Of a stretch of DNA of 64,000 nt, positions 45,649 through 55,667 are shown piece by piece. The position numbers were made by a program, and so were the translations under genes. Source of the DNA: Candidatus Eiseniibacteriota bacterium (lineage in GTDB: Bacteria > Eisenbacteria > RBG-16-71-46 > SZUA-252); the NCBI GenBank assembly GCA_036380835.1, contig DASVDZ010000069.1, forward strand, positions 49,094 through 113,093, written 5' to 3'. The notes under the pieces are model-generated. The model was given only the letters and a program-made list of their open reading frames with translations, was not told the DNA's origin and ran no database searches. The stretch's first letter is position 1; every line of letters starts with the position of its first letter.

Positions 45649-46518
45649 CTAGTTGTACAGGGTTCCGGTGTTCAGGACGGGCGTCGCCGCGCGCTCCCCG
45701 CAGAGGACGACCAGGAGGTTCGAGACCATCGCGGCGCGCCGATCGTCGTCGAGCTCGATCACCTTGTTGTCGCGGAGCCGAGCGAGCGCCATCTCGACCA
45801 TCCCCACGGCTCCTTCCACGATCCGCTGGCGCGCGGCGATGATCGCCGCCGCCTGCTGCCGCTGGAGCATCGCCCCCGCGATCTCCGGCGCGTAGGCCAG
45901 GTGGCTCAAACGGGCTTCGACCACCTCGACTCCCGCCGGCTTGAGCCGCTCCTGGAGCTCGGCCCGGAGGAACTCCGAGACCTTGTCGATGCTGCCGCGA
46001 AGCGAGATCGCGTCCTGCGCCTCGGCGTCGTACGGATATTCGGTCGCCAGGTGGCGGACCGCCGTCTCGCTCTGCACCGAGACGAAGGACTCGAAGTTCT
46101 CGACGTCGAACGACGCCATCGCCGTATCGCGCACCTTCCAGACGACGACGGCCGCGATCTCGACGGGGTTGCCCGCCTGGTCGTTCACCTTGATCATCTG
46201 CCCGTTGAGGCTCCGGACGCGAAGGGAGATCCGCCGCTTCGAGTTGAACGGGTTGGTCCACCACCAGCCCGTCTCCCGCACGGATCCCACGTACGCGCCG
46301 AAGAGCGTGAGCACGACCGCCTGGTTCGGCTGGTTGGTGAAGAATCCCTTCGTGAAGAGCACCGCCGCCATCACCAGGAAGAGATCGAGGATCAAGCGGC
46401 CGGGCTGCTCGTTCTTCACCGCCGTGATGAAGAGAAGCAGGGCCAGAGCCCACAGGATGAGCGTGATCAGGAGCGCGACGGCTCCGGGCAGCGCGTTGGT
46501 CTTCCGTTCCGACGTCAT
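45649..46518 (-). CDS. SPFH/band-7 domain membrane protein
   Basis: Track ORF 45649..46575, started at ATG 46518 after GAGGAGG. Two N-terminal TM helices, then an SPFH core. Confidence 0.85.
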   Translation of the reverse strand: MTSERKTNALPGAVALLITLILWALALLLFITAVKNEQPGRLILDLFLVMAAVLFTKGFFTNQPNQAVVLTLFGAYVGSVRETGWWWTNPFNSKRRISLRVRSLNGQMIKVNDQAGNPVEIAAVVVWKVRDTAMASFDVENFESFVSVQSETAVRHLATEYPYDAEAQDAISLRGSIDKVSEFLRAELQERLKPAGVEVVEARLSHLAYAPEIAGAMLQRQQAAAIIAARQRIVEGAVGMVEMALARLRDNKVIELDDDRRAAMVSNLLVVLCGERAATPVLNTGTLYN

Positions 46519-46644
46519 GTTCTTCCGTCCTCCTCGTTTCGGCGGACCCCCCGCCTGATTGCAATATGATATCACATCGATAGCTGGACGCCAGCGAAAT
46601 CGGAGGGGGCGCGGCGGCGCGGCACCCCGGCGCGGCGGGAGCGG

Positions 46645-48324
46645 CTAGTCCCGGACGAGCTTCTTGTAGCGGAGGCGGTGGGGTTGGTCGGCGGCGGCGC
46701 CGAGACGCTGGTGGCGGTTCTTCTCGTACTCCTCGAAGTTCCCCTCGAACCAGACGACCCCGCCGTCGTCCTCGAACGCGACCATGTGCGTCGCGATCCG
46801 GTCGAGGAACCACCGGTCGTGGCTGATCACCAGGACGCAGCCCGCGAACTCGAGGATCGCCTCCTCGAGCGCGCGCAGCGTGTCGACGTCCAGATCGTTG
46901 GTCGGCTCGTCGAGGAGGAGCAGGTTCCCGCCCGACTTGAGGAGCTTCGCGAGGTGGACCCGGTTGCGCTCTCCGCCCGAGAGGTTCCGGACCGGCTTCT
47001 GCTGGTCGGCGCCCTTGAAGTTGAACGCGGCCACGTACGCGCGGGACGGCACCTCGCGCGTCCCGAGGGAGAGCGTCTCCTCCCCGCCCGAGATCTCCTC
47101 CCAAACCGTCTTCGAGCCGTCGAGGGAATCGCGGCTCTGGTCCACGTAGGCGAGCTGGACCGTCTCGCCGAGCCGGAGCGTCCCCGAGTCCGGCCGCTCC
47201 TGCCCCGCGATCATGCGGAAGAGGGTCGTCTTGCCGGCGCCGTTCGGGCCGATCACGCCGATGATCCCCCCCGGCGGGAGCGTGAAGGAGAGGCCGTCGA
47301 TGAGCACGCGGTCGCCGTAGCCCTTCACGAGGTCCTTCGCCTCGACGACGAGGTTGCCGAGGCGCGGGCCCGCGGGGATCGTGATCTCGGCGATCTCGCT
47401 TCGCTTCTCGTTCTCCTGCTCGAGCAGGCGCTCGTACGCCGTGACGCGCGCCTTGCTCTTCGCCTGGCGGGCGCGGGGCGACATCCGGATCCACTCGAGC
47501 TCGCGCGCGAGCGTCCGCTGTCGCGCGCTCTCGGTCTTCTCCTCGAGCGCGAGCCGCTGCGTCTTCTGGTCGAGCCAGGAGCTGTAGTTCCCCTCCCACG
47601 GAATGCCGCGCCCGCGGTCGAGCTCGAGGATCCAGCCCGCCACGTTGTCGAGGAAGTAGCGGTCGTGCGTCACGGCGACGACCGTGCCGGGGAACTCCTT
47701 CAGAAAGCGCTCGAGCCACGCCACCGACTCGGCGTCCAGGTGGTTCGTCGGCTCGTCGAGGAGGAGCATGTCGGGCTTCGAGAGGAGGAGGCGGCAGAGC
47801 GCCACGCGGCGCCGCTCGCCGCCCGAGAGCGTCGCGACGGCGGTGTCGCCCGGCGGGACGCGGAGCGCGTCCATGGCGATCTCGATGGTTCGGTCGAGCT
47901 CCCACGCGTTCCGCGCCTCGATCTCGGCCATGACGCGGCCGTGCTCCTCCATCACCTGCTCCATCTCGTCCGCCTCGAGGTTCTCCCCGAGCCGGAGGTT
48001 CAGCTCGTTGAACCGGTCGAGCAGCGCCTTCGCCTCCGCGACGCCCTCCATGACGTTGCCGAGCACGTCCTTCGATGGATCGAGCGCGGGCTCCTGCGGC
48101 AGGAATCCGATCTTGATCCCCTTGGCGGCGCGCGCTTCGCCCAGATGGTCGGTATCGACGCCGGCCATGATGCGGAGGAGCGAGCTCTTTCCGGCGCCGT
48201 TCTGCCCCAGCACGCCGATCTTGGCGCCGGGATAGAACGAGAGCGAGATGTCCTGAAGGACCTGCTTGTTGGGCGGGTGGACCTTGCCGACCCGGACCAT
48301 CGTATAGATGAACTGTGGCGCCAT
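46645..48324 (-). CDS. ettA: ABC-F translational throttle ATPase EttA
   Basis: Track ORF 46645..48723, started at ATG 48324 ([23 protein letters not shown]..). Two ABC cassettes ([40 protein letters not shown]). 559 aa. Confidence 0.9.
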   Translation of the reverse strand: MAPQFIYTMVRVGKVHPPNKQVLQDISLSFYPGAKIGVLGQNGAGKSSLLRIMAGVDTDHLGEARAAKGIKIGFLPQEPALDPSKDVLGNVMEGVAEAKALLDRFNELNLRLGENLEADEMEQVMEEHGRVMAEIEARNAWELDRTIEIAMDALRVPPGDTAVATLSGGERRRVALCRLLLSKPDMLLLDEPTNHLDAESVAWLERFLKEFPGTVVAVTHDRYFLDNVAGWILELDRGRGIPWEGNYSSWLDQKTQRLALEEKTESARQRTLARELEWIRMSPRARQAKSKARVTAYERLLEQENEKRSEIAEITIPAGPRLGNLVVEAKDLVKGYGDRVLIDGLSFTLPPGGIIGVIGPNGAGKTTLFRMIAGQERPDSGTLRLGETVQLAYVDQSRDSLDGSKTVWEEISGGEETLSLGTREVPSRAYVAAFNFKGADQQKPVRNLSGGERNRVHLAKLLKSGGNLLLLDEPTNDLDVDTLRALEEAILEFAGCVLVISHDRWFLDRIATHMVAFEDDGGVVWFEGNFEEYEKNRHQRLGAAADQPHRLRYKKLVRD

Positions 48325-48471
48325 TCGGGCTCTGACCTCGTTCGTGCGCGGTGATCGGGAGAGGGCGGGTTCGGGCGATGCGGCGTGCCGCGATCGGGAC
48401 CCGAGTATATACTCTCCGTGCCCGGCGGTGAAGCCGCCCGTGGCGCCGCCCCGCACCCCGAGGAGGACTCG

Positions 48472-48711
48472 ATGCCGGTCACGATCACCGTTCGCAACAA
48501 CGGCCCCCTCCGCATCGAAGGCGAGTTCACCGTGGTCGACGCCGACGGAAAGCCGTTCGACCTGGCGGGGCGCACGGCCATGAGCTTCTGCCGCTGCGGC
48601 CACTCGACGAACAAGCCGTTCTGCGACGGAAACGCGCACAAGGAATGCGGATTCCAGTCGGCCGTGGCCGCCCGCGTCCTGGCCCCTCCCGCGCCGAAGC
48701 CGGGCGCTTGA
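48472..48711 (+). CDS. CDGSH-type iron-sulfur domain protein
   Basis: Track ORF 48385..48711, started at ATG 48472 after [23 protein letters not shown] is the CDGSH 2Fe-2S motif. Confidence 0.85.
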   Translation: MPVTITVRNNGPLRIEGEFTVVDADGKPFDLAGRTAMSFCRCGHSTNKPFCDGNAHKECGFQSAVAARVLAPPAPKPGA

Positions 48712-48721
48712 CGGGCGCGCC

Positions 48722-49885
48722 ATGACCCACCGTCCCGATCTCCGCGACGCGCCCGAGGTCCTGGCGTTTCGAGCGGAGGACCTCGCGGCGCTCCTCGGAT
48801 CCCAGGAGGGGCCCTGCGTGTCCCTCTACCTCGCGACGCACCGCCGGCACCCCGAGTGGAAGCAGGATCCCGTGCGCTTCCGGGCGCTCATCGCCGAGGC
48901 CGAGTCGCTGCTCGGAGGAGGCGCGGCGCGGGACCAGAGCGCGCTCGTCGCGCCGCTCCGCGGCCTGCTCGAGCGGCCGTTCTGGGAATACGCGCTCGAC
49001 GGGCTCGCCGTCTTCGCGTCCCGCTCGCTCCGGGCCGCGTACCGGCTCCCGATCGCGGTTCCCGACCAGGTCGTGGTCGCCGAGACGTTCCATACGAAGC
49101 CGCTGCTCCGCCTCCTGCGCTCGGACGGGCGGTACTACGCGCTGGCGCTGAGCCAGAATCAGGTGACCCTCTACGAGGGGAGCCGCTCGGGGGCGGGCAT
49201 CGTCGAGCTGGGCGGCGTTCCGAAGGGTCTGCGCGACGCCGTCGGCGTGCCCGATTTCGATCGATCGGTCTCGGCGCACGGCGGCGTCGGCGGCTCCATC
49301 TTCCACGGAAGGGGGCCGGGGCGGGAGGAGACCAAGGAGCTGCTCGCTCGTTACTTCCGCGCCATCGATCGAGGGCTCAAGGACTACCTGCGCGGCGAGA
49401 CCGCGCCGCTCGTGCTCGCCGCCGTGAAGTACTACCACCCGATCTACCGGGAGGGGAACACGTACCCGCACCTCCTCGCCGAAGGACTCGAAGGGAACTA
49501 CGAGCGCGAGAGCGCGGAGTCGATCCACGCGGCGGCGTGGCCCCTCGTCGAGCGCGCCTTCTCGGCGCGCGCCGCCGAATGGTCCGCCCGTTACCGGGAG
49601 ATGGCCGGCACGGGGCTCGCCGTCGACGGCGTGGAAGAGGTCGCCCTGGCCGCCGTCGCCGGCCGCGCCCGGTGCGTGCTGGCGGCGGAGGGAGACGTGG
49701 TCTGGGGGCTCCTGGACCGCGCGACCGGCGCCGTCGCGCGGCACGAGCGTCAGATGGGAGCGGACGACGGCGATCTCGTGGACGACGTCTGCGAGGAGGC
49801 GTTCCGACGCGGCGCCGAGGTCTTCGTGCTGCCGCGGGCGGCGATGCCGACCGATCGCCCGATCGCCGCCGTGCTCCGCTACTGA
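48722..49885 (+). CDS. eRF1/Pelota-like (bacterial aeRF1-like, baeRF) protein with degenerate GGQ loop
   Basis: 387 aa, starting 10 nt after the CDGSH stop. N-terminal [12 protein letters not shown]. Central [25 protein letters not shown] aligns by eye with eRF1 HGRGGQSALRFARL. The coding call is solid. The family call is from memory of motif patterns. Confidence 0.55.
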   Translation: MTHRPDLRDAPEVLAFRAEDLAALLGSQEGPCVSLYLATHRRHPEWKQDPVRFRALIAEAESLLGGGAARDQSALVAPLRGLLERPFWEYALDGLAVFASRSLRAAYRLPIAVPDQVVVAETFHTKPLLRLLRSDGRYYALALSQNQVTLYEGSRSGAGIVELGGVPKGLRDAVGVPDFDRSVSAHGGVGGSIFHGRGPGREETKELLARYFRAIDRGLKDYLRGETAPLVLAAVKYYHPIYREGNTYPHLLAEGLEGNYERESAESIHAAAWPLVERAFSARAAEWSARYREMAGTGLAVDGVEEVALAAVAGRARCVLAAEGDVVWGLLDRATGAVARHERQMGADDGDLVDDVCEEAFRRGAEVFVLPRAAMPTDRPIAAVLRY

Positions 49886-50022
49886 GTCTCCGGCGCGCCG
49901 CCGCCGAGGGTCCCCTCTGGAACGGGGCCTCCCCGGGGGGTATCATACTTCGGCGCCCCGGCACGCCCCGCGGCTCCCCGCCGCGAGCCGCCGGCATGCG
50001 CCCCTAGACGCGGAGGAACCAC

Positions 50023-52059
50023 GTGCATCTCGCCGAACGCCAGATCGCCCGACCGCTCACGCGGGTCGTCCATCCCGCCCTTTCGGGCGCCCGTCCCATC
50101 ACCGCCGAGGATCTCTGGGCCGTGAGGCGGGTGGGCGCGCCCGCGCCCAGCCCGGACGGCCGCTCCCTCGTGGTGCCGGTCACGACGTACGACATGGAAC
50201 AGAATCGGGGCCGCGCGCGCCTCTGGCTCGTGCCGCAAAGCGGAGAGCCGCGCCCGCTCACCGCCGAGGACGCCACGTGCGGCGACGTCTCCTACGCGCC
50301 CGACGGGAAGCGCCTCCTCTTCACGCGCTCGCATGGGGAGGAGAAGGCGCAGGTCCACGCGCTCTCGCTGGAGGGCGGCGAGTCGGAGCGGCTGACCGAC
50401 ATGCCGCTCGGCGTCTTCGATCCGCGCTGGCTCCCCGACGGCAGGCGGCTCGTTTTCGGCACCTACCTCCTCGCCGAGGCGCCGACGCCCGACGGGACGC
50501 GCGAGCTCGTGGAGCGCCGCGCGAAGGACCCGGTCAAGACGCACGTCACCGAAGACCGCGTCTACCGCTACTGGGATCGCTGGCTCACGGGCGGCGAGCG
50601 GCCGCATCTCTTCCTTCTCGACCTGGAGACCCGCGCGCTCACCGACCTGACCCCCGGCGGGACCGGGTGGTTCGATTTCATGGAGCCCTCCGGCCAGTAC
50701 GACATCGCCCCCGACGGGAGCGAAATCGCGTTCGGCGCCAACTCGAGCGCGCCGCCGCACCATCGGCTCCGGTGGGCGATCTACACGGTGCCGACCTCGG
50801 GGAAGGAGCCGCCGCGCTGCCTGACGCCGGAGGGGACGCCCGCGGGGTTCGCCGCCGACGCCTCGCGGCCGCGCTACGCTCCCGACGGGAGCGCGCTCGT
50901 CTACGGGGCGCAGAAGGATCCGTACTTCTACGCCGACCGCGTCCGCCTCGTGCGCTATGACCGCGCGAAGGCGACCCACTCGCTCGTCGCCGAGTCGTGG
51001 GACCGCTCTCCCGCCGCCTGGGAGTTCGCGCCGGACGGGACCCTGATCCTCGAGTGCGAGGATCAGGCGCGCGTGAAGCTCTACGCGCTCCGAAACGGGG
51101 ACGGGACGCCCCACGTCATCCAGGAGCGGGGAACCGTATCGGGCCTGACCGCCGGACGCGACGGCCGGCTCTATTACACGGTGCAGACGCTCTCGGCCCC
51201 GGCCGAGGTCTTCTCCTGCGCGACGAACGGCGGCGACGAGAGGCGGCACACCGACCTGAACCGCGACCTCCTCTCGCAGCTCGCGCTGGGCGAGGTGCGC
51301 GAGACGATCTTCGAGGGCGCGGACGGCGACCCGGTCCAGATGTACGTCGTGCTGCCACCGGGATTCGATCCGGCGAAGAAGTATCCGCTGGTCCACGTGA
51401 TCCACGGCGGCCCCCACGCGACCGCCGGCGACAATTTCCACTTCCGGTGGAATCCGCACCTCTTCGCGGCCAACGGATACGTCGCGGCGACCGTGAACTT
51501 CCACGGCTCGACCTCGTGGGGCCAGGAGTTCGCGGCCTGCATCCAGGGCGGCCACGGCGACAAGCCGTTCACCGACATCATGAAGGCGACCGACGCGCTG
51601 ATCGAGGCCGGCTTCGTCGACGAGTCGCGCCTGGCGGCGACCGGCGGATCCTACGGCGGCTACCTCGTCTGCTGGATCGCCGGCCAGACCGACCGGTTCC
51701 GCTGCCTCGTGAACCACGCCGGCGTCTTCGACCTCCTCGCGGAATACGGAAGCGACGTCACGCAGGGACGACACCAGGCCTACGGCGGCGAGCCGTGGGA
51801 GCGGCTCGAGGCGATCGACCGATGGAACCCCGCGCGGTTCGCGCGCGGCTTCACCACGCCGATGCTCGTGATCCACGGCGAGCGCGACTACCGCGTGCCG
51901 CACAACCAGGCGCTCGCGGTCTACAACATCTACAAGGCGAAGCAGGTCGAGGCGCGGCTCGTCTTCTTTCCCGACGAGAATCATTGGGTCCTGAAGCCGC
52001 GCAACTCGATCGTCTGGAACCGGGAAGTGCGCGAGTGGCTCGCGCGCCATCTCGGCTGA
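50023..52059 (+). CDS. S9-family serine peptidase (prolyl oligopeptidase / acylaminoacyl-peptidase type)
   Basis: 678 aa. N-terminal beta-propeller-like repeats. GGSYGGYL nucleophile elbow. Later D and H (HGERDYRV, ENHW). Confidence 0.9.
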   Translation: MHLAERQIARPLTRVVHPALSGARPITAEDLWAVRRVGAPAPSPDGRSLVVPVTTYDMEQNRGRARLWLVPQSGEPRPLTAEDATCGDVSYAPDGKRLLFTRSHGEEKAQVHALSLEGGESERLTDMPLGVFDPRWLPDGRRLVFGTYLLAEAPTPDGTRELVERRAKDPVKTHVTEDRVYRYWDRWLTGGERPHLFLLDLETRALTDLTPGGTGWFDFMEPSGQYDIAPDGSEIAFGANSSAPPHHRLRWAIYTVPTSGKEPPRCLTPEGTPAGFAADASRPRYAPDGSALVYGAQKDPYFYADRVRLVRYDRAKATHSLVAESWDRSPAAWEFAPDGTLILECEDQARVKLYALRNGDGTPHVIQERGTVSGLTAGRDGRLYYTVQTLSAPAEVFSCATNGGDERRHTDLNRDLLSQLALGEVRETIFEGADGDPVQMYVVLPPGFDPAKKYPLVHVIHGGPHATAGDNFHFRWNPHLFAANGYVAATVNFHGSTSWGQEFAACIQGGHGDKPFTDIMKATDALIEAGFVDESRLAATGGSYGGYLVCWIAGQTDRFRCLVNHAGVFDLLAEYGSDVTQGRHQAYGGEPWERLEAIDRWNPARFARGFTTPMLVIHGERDYRVPHNQALAVYNIYKAKQVEARLVFFPDENHWVLKPRNSIVWNREVREWLARHLG

Positions 52060-52117
52060 CCCCGGCGCACCCGCTCCGGGCGTTCCGGGAGCCCGTGACT
52101 CAAGGAGGAATCCGATC

Positions 52118-52768
52118 ATGAAGCTCGAGAGGACTCGAACGAATCCGTTCACCGCCGTCGCCGTGGCCGTCTCCATCCTCGGACTCGTCGCGGGGTGCGC
52201 GAATCAGCAGAAGGCGGAAGCCGAGCGCGAGAAGAGCGAAACGGTCACCGCGGGCACCACGATGACGGCCGCGCTCCAGAGCACCATCGATACCGGAAAG
52301 AACCAGGTCGGCGACAAGATCACGCTCCGGACGCTCGAACCGGTGCGCGTCAACGAGATGGACGTGATCCCGGCCGGCGCGACGATCAACGGAGAGGTGA
52401 CGCACGTCGATCCGGCGGGCCGGATCGCCGGCGGCGCCGAGCTGACGCTCCGCTTCACCGAGCTGGTGATGCCCGACGGGAAGAGCTACCCGATCTCCTG
52501 CGATCCCTTCCGCGTGACCGGGAAGGGCGACGCGAAGAAGAGCGCGCTCGAGATCGGCGGCGGGGCCGTCGCGGGCGGCGTGCTGGGCGGCGTGCTCGGC
52601 GGCAGCAAGGGCGACATCGCGAAGGGCGCGGCGGCGGGAGCGGTCATCGGCACCGGCGTCGCGGTGGCGACCAAGGGCAAGCAGATCGTGCTTCCCGCCG
52701 GCCAGAAGATGCGCGTCTCCCTGAACGCCCCGGTCTCGATCGTGACGAAGCCGGCCGTCGCCTCGTAG
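52118..52768 (+). CDS. Lipoprotein with C-terminal glycine-zipper
   Basis: 216 aa. RBS AAGGAGG. ILGLVAGC lipobox. GGGAVAGGVLGGVLGG..GAAAGAVIGTG. Confidence 0.65.
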   Translation: MKLERTRTNPFTAVAVAVSILGLVAGCANQQKAEAEREKSETVTAGTTMTAALQSTIDTGKNQVGDKITLRTLEPVRVNEMDVIPAGATINGEVTHVDPAGRIAGGAELTLRFTELVMPDGKSYPISCDPFRVTGKGDAKKSALEIGGGAVAGGVLGGVLGGSKGDIAKGAAAGAVIGTGVAVATKGKQIVLPAGQKMRVSLNAPVSIVTKPAVAS

Positions 52769-52789
52769 CCGGGAGGCGAATCCAGGTCG

Positions 52790-53914
52790 ATGCGGTGGTC
52801 GTGGCAGATCGCGAAGGTCGCGGGGATCCCGGTCCGGATCCACGCGACCTTCGGTCTCATTCTGCTCTGGGTCTTCTTCACCGACCTGTCCGCGGGCCTC
52901 GGGATCGCGCGGGCGCTCCTGGGCGTCGCGCTGGTCCTGTCCGTCTTCGGCTGCGTGGTCCTCCACGAGCTGGGCCACGCGCTGACCGCGCGGCGGTACG
53001 GGGTCCGTACGCGGGACATCACGCTCCTCCCGATCGGCGGGGTGGCGCGCCTCGAGCGGATTCCCGAGCGCCCCTCCCAGGAGATCGCGGTCGCGCTCGC
53101 GGGGCCCGCGGTCAACCTCGTGATCGCGGCGGCGATCTTCCTGCCGCTCGCGCTACGGTACAGCGCCGAGCCGCCCGCCAGCGTGCTGGCGCTCCAGGGA
53201 ACGTTCCTCGTCCAGCTCCTCGCGATCAACGTCTTCCTCGCGATCTTCAACCTGATTCCGGCGTTTCCCATGGACGGAGGGCGCGTGCTCCGCGCGCTCC
53301 TCGCCACCCGGTTCGAGTACGTCCGCGCGACCCAGATCGCCGCCAACGTCGGCCAGGTCATCGCGTTCCTCTTCGGACTGCTCGGGCTCATCGGGAACCA
53401 GCCGGTCCTCCTCTTCGTCGCCCTCTTCGTCTTCATCGGCGCCGGCCAGGAGGCGGCCGCCGTCCGGATGCGGTCCGTCTTCTCGGGCGTCCCGGTCTCG
53501 CGGGCGATGATCCGCGACTTCCGGACCCTGCGTCCGGAGGAGCCCTTGACGCGCGCCGTGGAGCTCCTTCTCGACGGGAACCAGCAGGACTTCCCGGTCT
53601 TGGGGGAGCGCCCGGGGGATCCGCCGCTCGGCATCCTGACGCGCGCCGACCTCATGACCGCGCTGGCCCAGGGAAACACGGGGCGACCGGTCGGGGAGGT
53701 GACGCGCCGGAACTGCGGGAGCGCCCATCCGGGCGAGCTGCTCGAGGGCGTCTTCCAGCGGATGCAGGCGAGCGGCTGCCCGGCGGTGCCGGTCGTCGGA
53801 GACGACGGAGCGGTCGTCGGGATGGTGACGTTGGAGAACGTGGGCGAGCTCGCGATGGTGGAGGCGGCGCTCGGCCGCTCGCGCTTCCGCGTTTCGGGGA
53901 ACGGCCGGACCTAG
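52790..53914 (+). CDS. M50 site-2 metalloprotease with C-terminal CBS pair
   Basis: 374 aa. HELGHAL, NLIPAFPMDGGRVL, then two CBS repeats. Confidence 0.9.
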   Translation: MRWSWQIAKVAGIPVRIHATFGLILLWVFFTDLSAGLGIARALLGVALVLSVFGCVVLHELGHALTARRYGVRTRDITLLPIGGVARLERIPERPSQEIAVALAGPAVNLVIAAAIFLPLALRYSAEPPASVLALQGTFLVQLLAINVFLAIFNLIPAFPMDGGRVLRALLATRFEYVRATQIAANVGQVIAFLFGLLGLIGNQPVLLFVALFVFIGAGQEAAAVRMRSVFSGVPVSRAMIRDFRTLRPEEPLTRAVELLLDGNQQDFPVLGERPGDPPLGILTRADLMTALAQGNTGRPVGEVTRRNCGSAHPGELLEGVFQRMQASGCPAVPVVGDDGAVVGMVTLENVGELAMVEAALGRSRFRVSGNGRT

Positions 53915-53930
53915 CCGATCCCGGCCGGCC

Positions 53931-55565
53931 CTAACCCTTCGTCATCTCCTCGAAGAACGGATCCGCCCCGATCACCCGCGTCAGGCCTTCGTCGCGGGGG
54001 AGCTGGATCCAGAAGGCGGCGCCGGAGCCGCTCGAGTCCGGGCGGACGCCCACCGCGCCCCCGTGCAGCTCGACGAACCGGCGCGCCAGGTAGAGGCCGA
54101 ATCCGAGCCCGTCCTTGCAGCGCGAGCACTCCCCCGACGCCGCGCTCTCCAGGTCGAAGAGCGTGGCCGCCCCCTCGGGGGAGACCGACGGGCCCGAGTC
54201 GCGTAGCTCGATCAGCACGCCGTCGTCGCGGAGCCAGGTCGAGAGCCGCACGCGTCCTTTGGGGGGCGAGAACCGGATCCCGTTTCGGATCAGGTTCAGG
54301 ATCGCCTGCCTTAGCTTCGCGGGGTCCAAGTGCTGGTTGGGGATCTGCTGATCGAGCGCCAGCTCGAGACCGACGCCCCGCGCCTCGGCCAGCGGTCGCG
54401 CGAATTCCGCCGCGCCGCGCACCACGTCGTTCACGTTCGCGACGGTGATCTCGAGGAGATACCGGCCCAGCTCGAGGCGCGCCACGTCGAGCACGTCGTC
54501 CACCAGACCCATCAGCCGCTGCGCCTCGAGTCTGAGGCGGGACGTGAACTCGAGGCGCATGGCCGGCGTCATCTTCCGCTCGTTCTGATCGAGCACCTCG
54601 GAGTAGGCGACGATCGACGCGAGCGGCGCCTTGAGCTCGTTCGCCGCGGCGGTGAGGAACGAGTCGCGGAACGCCCCCGCCGCGCTCCCCGTCTCGGCCG
54701 TCGCCGTGGGATCGGGCGCCGCCGCCGTCTGGCGCAGCTTGTCCATCATCCGGGCGCGGTCGATGACCACGGCCACGTTGTGCGCGAAGAGCTGCCCGAT
54801 GTCGCGATGCTCCAGTCGGAACGGCTCGGCCTTGACCGCGCGGCAGACCTGGAGCACCGCCACCGTGCGATTCTCGGTCGCGACCGGGAGGATCAGGACC
54901 GAACCGGCGTCGGGGTGCGACGCGAAGAAATCGGCGTAGCGCGCCTCCCGGTCGGTCGACTGCATCAGGATCGGTTCGCGATGGCGCGCCGACCAGCCGA
55001 CCGCGCCGTCTCCGAGCCTGACCTCGGGCTCCGGGTCGCGGGGCGAGAGGCCGAAGACCGACGCGCACGAGAGCATCTTCGCCTCCGCGTCGTAGAGGAA
55101 GAGGCTCACGTCGTGGCTGTGGAGCGTGGACGCCACGCGGCGGACCGTGATCTCGAGGATGGTCTCGAGCGGCAGCTCCATGTGAAGGCTGTTCCCGAGC
55201 TGGAAGAGGGAGGTCAGCTCGGCCAGGCGGCCGCGCGACTGCTCGAGCTCCATCTCGTCCTGCAACACCTTCTGGCGGAAGCGGTTGATCTGCGACTGCT
55301 GGTGGATCATGTAGAGGGAGAAGAGCGCGGTCAGGCCGACGAGGCCGACGAGCAGCGCCCAGCCGCCGTTCACGGGGGGGCGGTCGCCGAGGAATCCCGA
55401 GCGGACGAGGGCGACGTAGAGCGAAGGGATCGTGGCGCTGAACGCGAGCAGGACCAGGATCGCGAGACCCAGGAGCCACCAGGTCTTCCGATCGAACTGG
55501 CCCTGATTGAGCGGCGTGCCGGACGGCGGCGCCATCGAACGGGTCCCCTTGCGGAATGGATTCAT
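53931..55565 (-). CDS. Membrane GAF sensor histidine kinase
   Basis: Track ORF 53931..55811, started at ATG 55565 (MNPFRKG..). ATG 55535 is an alternative. Two TM helices, coiled coil, GAF, H-box region ANELKAPLASI and an HATPase (GLGFGLYLA). Confidence 0.85.
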   Translation of the reverse strand: MNPFRKGTRSMAPPSGTPLNQGQFDRKTWWLLGLAILVLLAFSATIPSLYVALVRSGFLGDRPPVNGGWALLVGLVGLTALFSLYMIHQQSQINRFRQKVLQDEMELEQSRGRLAELTSLFQLGNSLHMELPLETILEITVRRVASTLHSHDVSLFLYDAEAKMLSCASVFGLSPRDPEPEVRLGDGAVGWSARHREPILMQSTDREARYADFFASHPDAGSVLILPVATENRTVAVLQVCRAVKAEPFRLEHRDIGQLFAHNVAVVIDRARMMDKLRQTAAAPDPTATAETGSAAGAFRDSFLTAAANELKAPLASIVAYSEVLDQNERKMTPAMRLEFTSRLRLEAQRLMGLVDDVLDVARLELGRYLLEITVANVNDVVRGAAEFARPLAEARGVGLELALDQQIPNQHLDPAKLRQAILNLIRNGIRFSPPKGRVRLSTWLRDDGVLIELRDSGPSVSPEGAATLFDLESAASGECSRCKDGLGFGLYLARRFVELHGGAVGVRPDSSGSGAAFWIQLPRDEGLTRVIGADPFFEEMTKG

Positions 55566-55667
55566 CCCGTGCCATCCATCGGCAATCCGCCCCGGGTTCT
55601 CAAGGCCGAAGTGGGCCCCGCGATCCCCCTTTCCCTCTGGCGCTTGGGACGTTAGAGTGACCGGTCT

